From: Flavobacteriia bacterium
Lineage (GTDB): Bacteria > Bacteroidota > Bacteroidia > Flavobacteriales > Flavobacteriaceae
NCBI GenBank assembly: GCA_009921175.1
Contig: RFYP01000001.1
Span: 8,389 to 72,388 of the forward strand
Direction of reading: 5' to 3'
DNA: 64,000 nucleotides
Shown piece after piece: positions 59,796 through 64,000 of the stretch; the stretch's first letter is position 1; every line of letters begins with the position of its first letter. The position numbers were made by a program, and so were the translations under genes. Under the pieces are notes generated by a model. It saw only the letters and a list, made by a program, of their open reading frames with translations, ran no database searches and had not been told where the DNA came from.

Positions 59796-61092
59796 GAGAA
59801 GTCAAAAAACGCTTTAAATCATCGTAATTTTTTATCGGGTGCGCCTTTTTCTCTCTATTCATTAGTGGCTTTAGGGCCTTAGGAATTTCTAGGGAAAGCC
59901 CAAGGGCGCCTTTAACAACATCATGAAATTTGATGGGGTGTGCAGTTTCTAAAAAGAGACCGTAGGCATCCGTTTTCAGCGTTTTTAAATAGGCGTCAAG
60001 ACCCAAATAACCAACGGCTCCGTGGGGGTCGGCTATATAGGCATGGTCGGTATAAAGCTTTTGCATAGCGGCTTTGGTCGCTTGGTCGTCAAAGCTATAC
60101 CCGCTCATACGCTTCCGTAATGCCTCTAAGTTGTTTTTGACAATTTCTTGAATACGCACAAAATTGCTGGGTGCTCCCACATCCATGGCATTGGATAGGG
60201 TAGCGATGGTTTGTCGAGGTTGATAGTCCCCCGATTTTAGGTATTCCGGCACCACCTTATTGCGGTTGGTACTGGATATAAAATGACTAATGGGTAGGCC
60301 CATTTGTTGGGCCATCATTCCCGCACAAAGGTTTCCAAAATTACCACTGGGCACCGAAACGACTAGGGGTTTGTTTTTAGGAGCCATCGCCTGATAAGCG
60401 ATAAAATAATAGAACATTTGAGGGAGCCATCGGGCTACATTAATGGAGTTGGCCGAGGTCAAGTTTTTCACTGCGCAGATTTCCGCATCCAAAAAAGCAG
60501 TTTTGACCATGGTTTGGCAATCGTCAAAAACTCCATCGACTTCTAGGGCAGTGATGTTTTGTCCTTGAGTAGTCAACTGTTTTTCTTGAAGTTTACTCAC
60601 TTTTCCCTTGGGGTAGAGAATAACTACTTCTATGCCTTCAACCCCCAAAAATCCATCGGCTACTGCCCCTCCAGTGTCTCCCGAGGTGGCTACCAGCACG
60701 GTGCTTTTTGTGGCCTCATCTTCTTGGTTAAAATAGCCTAGACAACGGGCCATAAAACGCGCGCCTACGTCTTTAAATGCGAGCGTAGGACCATGAAAGA
60801 GTTCCAAACTACCGATCTGCTCAGAAATTGGTGCGATGGGAAAATCAAAACAAAGGGTTTCTTCTACGATTGTTTTCAAGACTGCATTGGGTATTTCATC
60901 CCCAACGTAGGGGCGAATTACCTCAAGCGCCAATTCGGTTTTGGATAATTGAGGTAGTCGTTGCCAAAAATCATCGGGTAGTGTAGGAATGGTTTTTGGA
61001 AAATAAAGCCCTTTGTCCGGTGCCAAACCCTTTTTTACCGCAGTTTTATAACTGGCCGTATGCTGGGTGTCGTTAAGGCTGTAGTAAATCAT
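59785..61092 (-). CDS. thrC: Threonine synthase
   Basis: PLP lysine context FHGPTLAFKD and length of about 435 aa. Confidence 0.9.
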   Translation of the reverse strand: MIYYSLNDTQHTASYKTAVKKGLAPDKGLYFPKTIPTLPDDFWQRLPQLSKTELALEVIRPYVGDEIPNAVLKTIVEETLCFDFPIAPISEQIGSLELFHGPTLAFKDVGARFMARCLGYFNQEDEATKSTVLVATSGDTGGAVADGFLGVEGIEVVILYPKGKVSKLQEKQLTTQGQNITALEVDGVFDDCQTMVKTAFLDAEICAVKNLTSANSINVARWLPQMFYYFIAYQAMAPKNKPLVVSVPSGNFGNLCAGMMAQQMGLPISHFISSTNRNKVVPEYLKSGDYQPRQTIATLSNAMDVGAPSNFVRIQEIVKNNLEALRKRMSGYSFDDQATKAAMQKLYTDHAYIADPHGAVGYLGLDAYLKTLKTDAYGLFLETAHPIKFHDVVKGALGLSLEIPKALKPLMNREKKAHPIKNYDDLKRFLTSPTP

Positions 61093-62018
61093 TTGGGATT
61101 GATAATTTCGGCTCCACGCGCATTGATGGCAGATAAATACACTTTGTGATTGATGCCCAATTGGGTACAGTTATTCGCCATGGCCTTGGCGACCTGTTCT
61201 CCTTTTTCTTTTCCTTTAACCAAAGCAAAAATAGAAGGCCCAGCACCCGAAATACCACAACCCAAAGCACCGTTGTCCATAGCACTAGCTTTGATTGGGT
61301 CATATCCGGGGATTAACTTTTTTCTAACAGGCTCCGCAACCACATCCTGTAAGCTTTGCGCGAGTAGCTCATCGTCTTGTGTGTGCAGGGCGTGCACCAG
61401 TGCACCCACATTGGCCCATTGTTGTATGGCGTTTTTCAATAGCACATTTTCTCCCAAAAGGGCACGTGCTTCGGCGGTTTTTAGTTCGATTTGAGGATGC
61501 AACACAACGACAAATAATTCCTTGGGGCAGGGGAGTTTAAGCACATCCATTGGTTCTACACTGCGCACCAGAATCATCCCGCCCAGGAGGGCCGGAGCAA
61601 TATTATCAGCATGTTTTGCTTGACTGGCAATGGCTTCTCCCGCTAGGGCATAGGGCAGTAAGTCTTCTTTGGCTAAGGGCTTTTCCAACAGGGCATTAAC
61701 CCCCACTACGGCCCCCACAGCACTGGCTGCACTGCTTCCGATACCGCTACCGGGTAGAATTCCCTTGTCGATCTCAATGCAAATTCCACCAGATAGGGGG
61801 TAGTCCTTTAACAAGGCCTGTGCCGCTACTCCGGCCACATTCTTGGTAGGGTCGGTAGGGAGATCACTCGGACTTGTATGGACAATGCGGATGCCCTTTT
61901 CTTCTGTTTGGGTAAAACGCATACGATCACCCACCCCTTCGAGGCAGAGTCCAAGTACATCAAAGCCGCAAGATAAATTGGCTACACTGGCTGGGGCAAA
62001 AACTTCTACCGCTTGCAT
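61089..62018 (-). CDS. thrB: Homoserine kinase
   Basis: GHMP kinase motif PGSGIGSSAAS. Confidence 0.9.
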   Translation of the reverse strand: MQAVEVFAPASVANLSCGFDVLGLCLEGVGDRMRFTQTEEKGIRIVHTSPSDLPTDPTKNVAGVAAQALLKDYPLSGGICIEIDKGILPGSGIGSSAASAVGAVVGVNALLEKPLAKEDLLPYALAGEAIASQAKHADNIAPALLGGMILVRSVEPMDVLKLPCPKELFVVVLHPQIELKTAEARALLGENVLLKNAIQQWANVGALVHALHTQDDELLAQSLQDVVAEPVRKKLIPGYDPIKASAMDNGALGCGISGAGPSIFALVKGKEKGEQVAKAMANNCTQLGINHKVYLSAINARGAEIINPK

Positions 62019-62020
62019 TT

Positions 62021-64000
62021 TTATTGTTTTCCGATTCTAATGATATCCGCAAATAGGCCCGAAGCAGTTACTTCGGCTCCGGCGCCAGCCCCTTTGACAA
62101 TCAAAGGTTGTTGGGCATACCGGTTGGTATAAAACAGGACAATGTTGTCACTGCCCGCTAGGTTGTAAAAATCGTGGTCTGGGCCAATGCACTGAAGTCC
62201 AACTTTGGCTTTGCCTTTTTCGAGCTGAGCGACATATTTGAGTCGGGCACCTTGTGCGTCGGCTTGCGCCAAAAGATTGTCAAAGTGACTGCTGTTATGA
62301 GCAAGGGCTTTTAGGAATGATGTGTTATCCTGGGTTGCCATACAGCCAGCAGGTAAAAATGATTCGTTTTCAATGGCCTCCAATTCGAGGGGATAGCCAC
62401 TTTCACGGGCTAAGATTAATATTTTTCTAGCCACATCGATGCCGCTTAGGTCGATTTTTGGGTCGGGTTCGGTATAGCCTTCTTTCATCGCTTGTGCTAC
62501 GACCTGATCAAAAGCCACCCCTTTTTGAAATCGGTTAAAAATAAAATTGAGGCTACCTGAAAGTACGGCTTGTATTTTGGTGATTTGGTCCCCAGAGGCA
62601 ATCAAATTATTCAGGGTATCAATGATCGGTAGCCCGGCACCAACATTGGTTTCAAACAAGAAAGGGCTCTTATACTTGCGGGCAATTTTTTTAAGCTTAA
62701 GGTAATCTTCCAAAGGACCTGAGCAAGCAATTTTATTACAAGTAACCACCCCAATACTATGGTTTAGGTAGTTGATGTAGGTTTGGGCAACAGCCGTATT
62801 GGCCGTATTGTCAACAAAAATACTGTTGCGCAAGTTTAGTTTTTTGATCTGGTTAAAAAAGGCCTCTTTGTTGGCTTCAACACCTTTATCCTCCAGGGTC
62901 TTTTTCCAATTTTTAAGGGAAATGGGCTCCTCACTTAAAAGCATTTTGCGGGAGTTTGAAAGCGCCCGTATCTGTAGGTTGATGTGTAGGTGCTCTTTAA
63001 GGTAGGCTTGTTGTTTTTCGATTTGTTCGAGCAATTTGCTCCCAACATTGCCCACCCCCATGACAAACAGGTTTAGTTGCTTTGTCTGGGCTTCAAAAAA
63101 ACTTTCATGTAGTGAATTGAGCGCTTTTTCTACATTTTTTTTGTCGATCACAAAGGAGATATTCCGCTCGGAAGCTCCTTGTGCAATCGCACGTATGTTG
63201 ATGTTGTTTGCACCAAGGGTACTGAAAATTTTTCCGCTGATGCCCTGATGATCTTTCATGCGTTCACCGACTACAGCGATATTAACCAATTCCTTTTCGA
63301 TATGTACCGGGGCTATTTTTTTGCGTGCGATTTCAAAAGCAAATTGTTCATCGATGAGTTCTTTGGCCCAGTCTGCATCGGCACTGTTGATTCCCAGGCA
63401 TATGGAATACTCCGAGGAGGCCTGGGTAATCATGATAATGTTGATTTTGTGTTCCGAAAATATTTCAAATAATCGTTTTGAAAAACCAGGGATACCAACC
63501 ATTCCACTGCCCTCGAGGTTGATTAGAGCAATATCATCGATATGGCTGATGCCTTTGACAATTTGTCCATTTTGATGGGCACCGTTATGATCGATCAGGC
63601 TACCTTCTGCGTCCGGTTCAAAGGTGTTTTTGACCCAAATGGGGGTCTTTTTTTCTACCAAAGGTTGTAGGGTAGGTGGGTAGATTACTTTTGCGCCAAA
63701 ATGGGAAAGTTCCATGGCCTCATAATAGGTCAGCTGTCTGATGGGGGTTGCTTGCGGCACCAATTTGGGATTAGCGGTATACATTCCGCTTACATCGGTC
63801 CAGATTTCCAGAGCGTCGGCATCCAGGGCTTTGGCAAAGATAGCTGCGGTATAATCTGATCCTCCTCGTCCAAGGGTAGTGGGGTGACCTTTGTGATTGG
63901 TTGCTACAAAGCCGGGGGCTAGCATAATCTTTGCTTTGCACGCGGCCCATGCTTTTTGTATCGCAGGTTCGGTGAACTCAAAATCTACATAGTGGTTTTT
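62021..64000 (-). CDS. thrA: Bifunctional aspartokinase / homoserine dehydrogenase, 5' end beyond the window
   Basis: Aspartokinase C-terminal part (LGRGGSDYTA), ACT region, and homoserine dehydrogenase half (GVGNVG). The frame stays open to position 64000. Confidence 0.9.
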   Translation of the reverse strand, partial: KNHYVDFEFTEPAIQKAWAACKAKIMLAPGFVATNHKGHPTTLGRGGSDYTAAIFAKALDADALEIWTDVSGMYTANPKLVPQATPIRQLTYYEAMELSHFGAKVIYPPTLQPLVEKKTPIWVKNTFEPDAEGSLIDHNGAHQNGQIVKGISHIDDIALINLEGSGMVGIPGFSKRLFEIFSEHKINIIMITQASSEYSICLGINSADADWAKELIDEQFAFEIARKKIAPVHIEKELVNIAVVGERMKDHQGISGKIFSTLGANNINIRAIAQGASERNISFVIDKKNVEKALNSLHESFFEAQTKQLNLFVMGVGNVGSKLLEQIEKQQAYLKEHLHINLQIRALSNSRKMLLSEEPISLKNWKKTLEDKGVEANKEAFFNQIKKLNLRNSIFVDNTANTAVAQTYINYLNHSIGVVTCNKIACSGPLEDYLKLKKIARKYKSPFLFETNVGAGLPIIDTLNNLIASGDQITKIQAVLSGSLNFIFNRFQKGVAFDQVVAQAMKEGYTEPDPKIDLSGIDVARKILILARESGYPLELEAIENESFLPAGCMATQDNTSFLKALAHNSSHFDNLLAQADAQGARLKYVAQLEKGKAKVGLQCIGPDHDFYNLAGSDNIVLFYTNRYAQQPLIVKGAGAGAEVTASGLFADIIRIGKQ

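Overview
This window looks like a densely packed, mostly housekeeping stretch of a Bacteroidota (Flavobacteriia-like) chromosome. Three things support that placement: the bamD-rpoZ-coaBC-DUF4835-like-recN gene order, several TAnnTTTG -7 promoter boxes, and few Shine-Dalgarno sequences. I found about 60 protein genes, including dnaA, ligA, lon, rpsA, recN, dnaX, the thrABC operon (thrA runs off the 3' edge), ppk1-ppx, pyrR-pyrB, lpd and gcvT. There is one RNA gene, RNase P RNA at 49072-49364. I saw no rRNA, tRNA, CRISPR array, transposase, prophage or obvious defence island, so I do not claim a new multi-gene system here. The best leads are recoding or gene-integrity anomalies. (1) dnaX is split at an A10 run that contains the E. 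coli-type slippery heptamer A AAA AAG directly after GGAGGGAG. The 0 frame stops two codons later, giving a gamma-like product, and only a -1 shift or an A11 mRNA yields a full-length tau. (2) A 1197-nt single reading frame encoding a lipoprotein plus TPR protein is interrupted by two in-frame TAA codons. (3) A GNAT gene carries an internal 3n+1 deletion. (4) The RNase P RNA is unusually short in its P12-P14 region. Secondary leads are an ECF sigma/anti-sigma operon with two secreted beta-repeat proteins, a tandem msrB pair with one exported copy, and a SixA-like phosphatase joined to ppk1-ppx. The ORF track translates TTG and GTG as M. I moved several starts to a downstream ATG where the conserved N-terminus begins. 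All product calls rest on my recognition of motifs in the translations, not on database searches.
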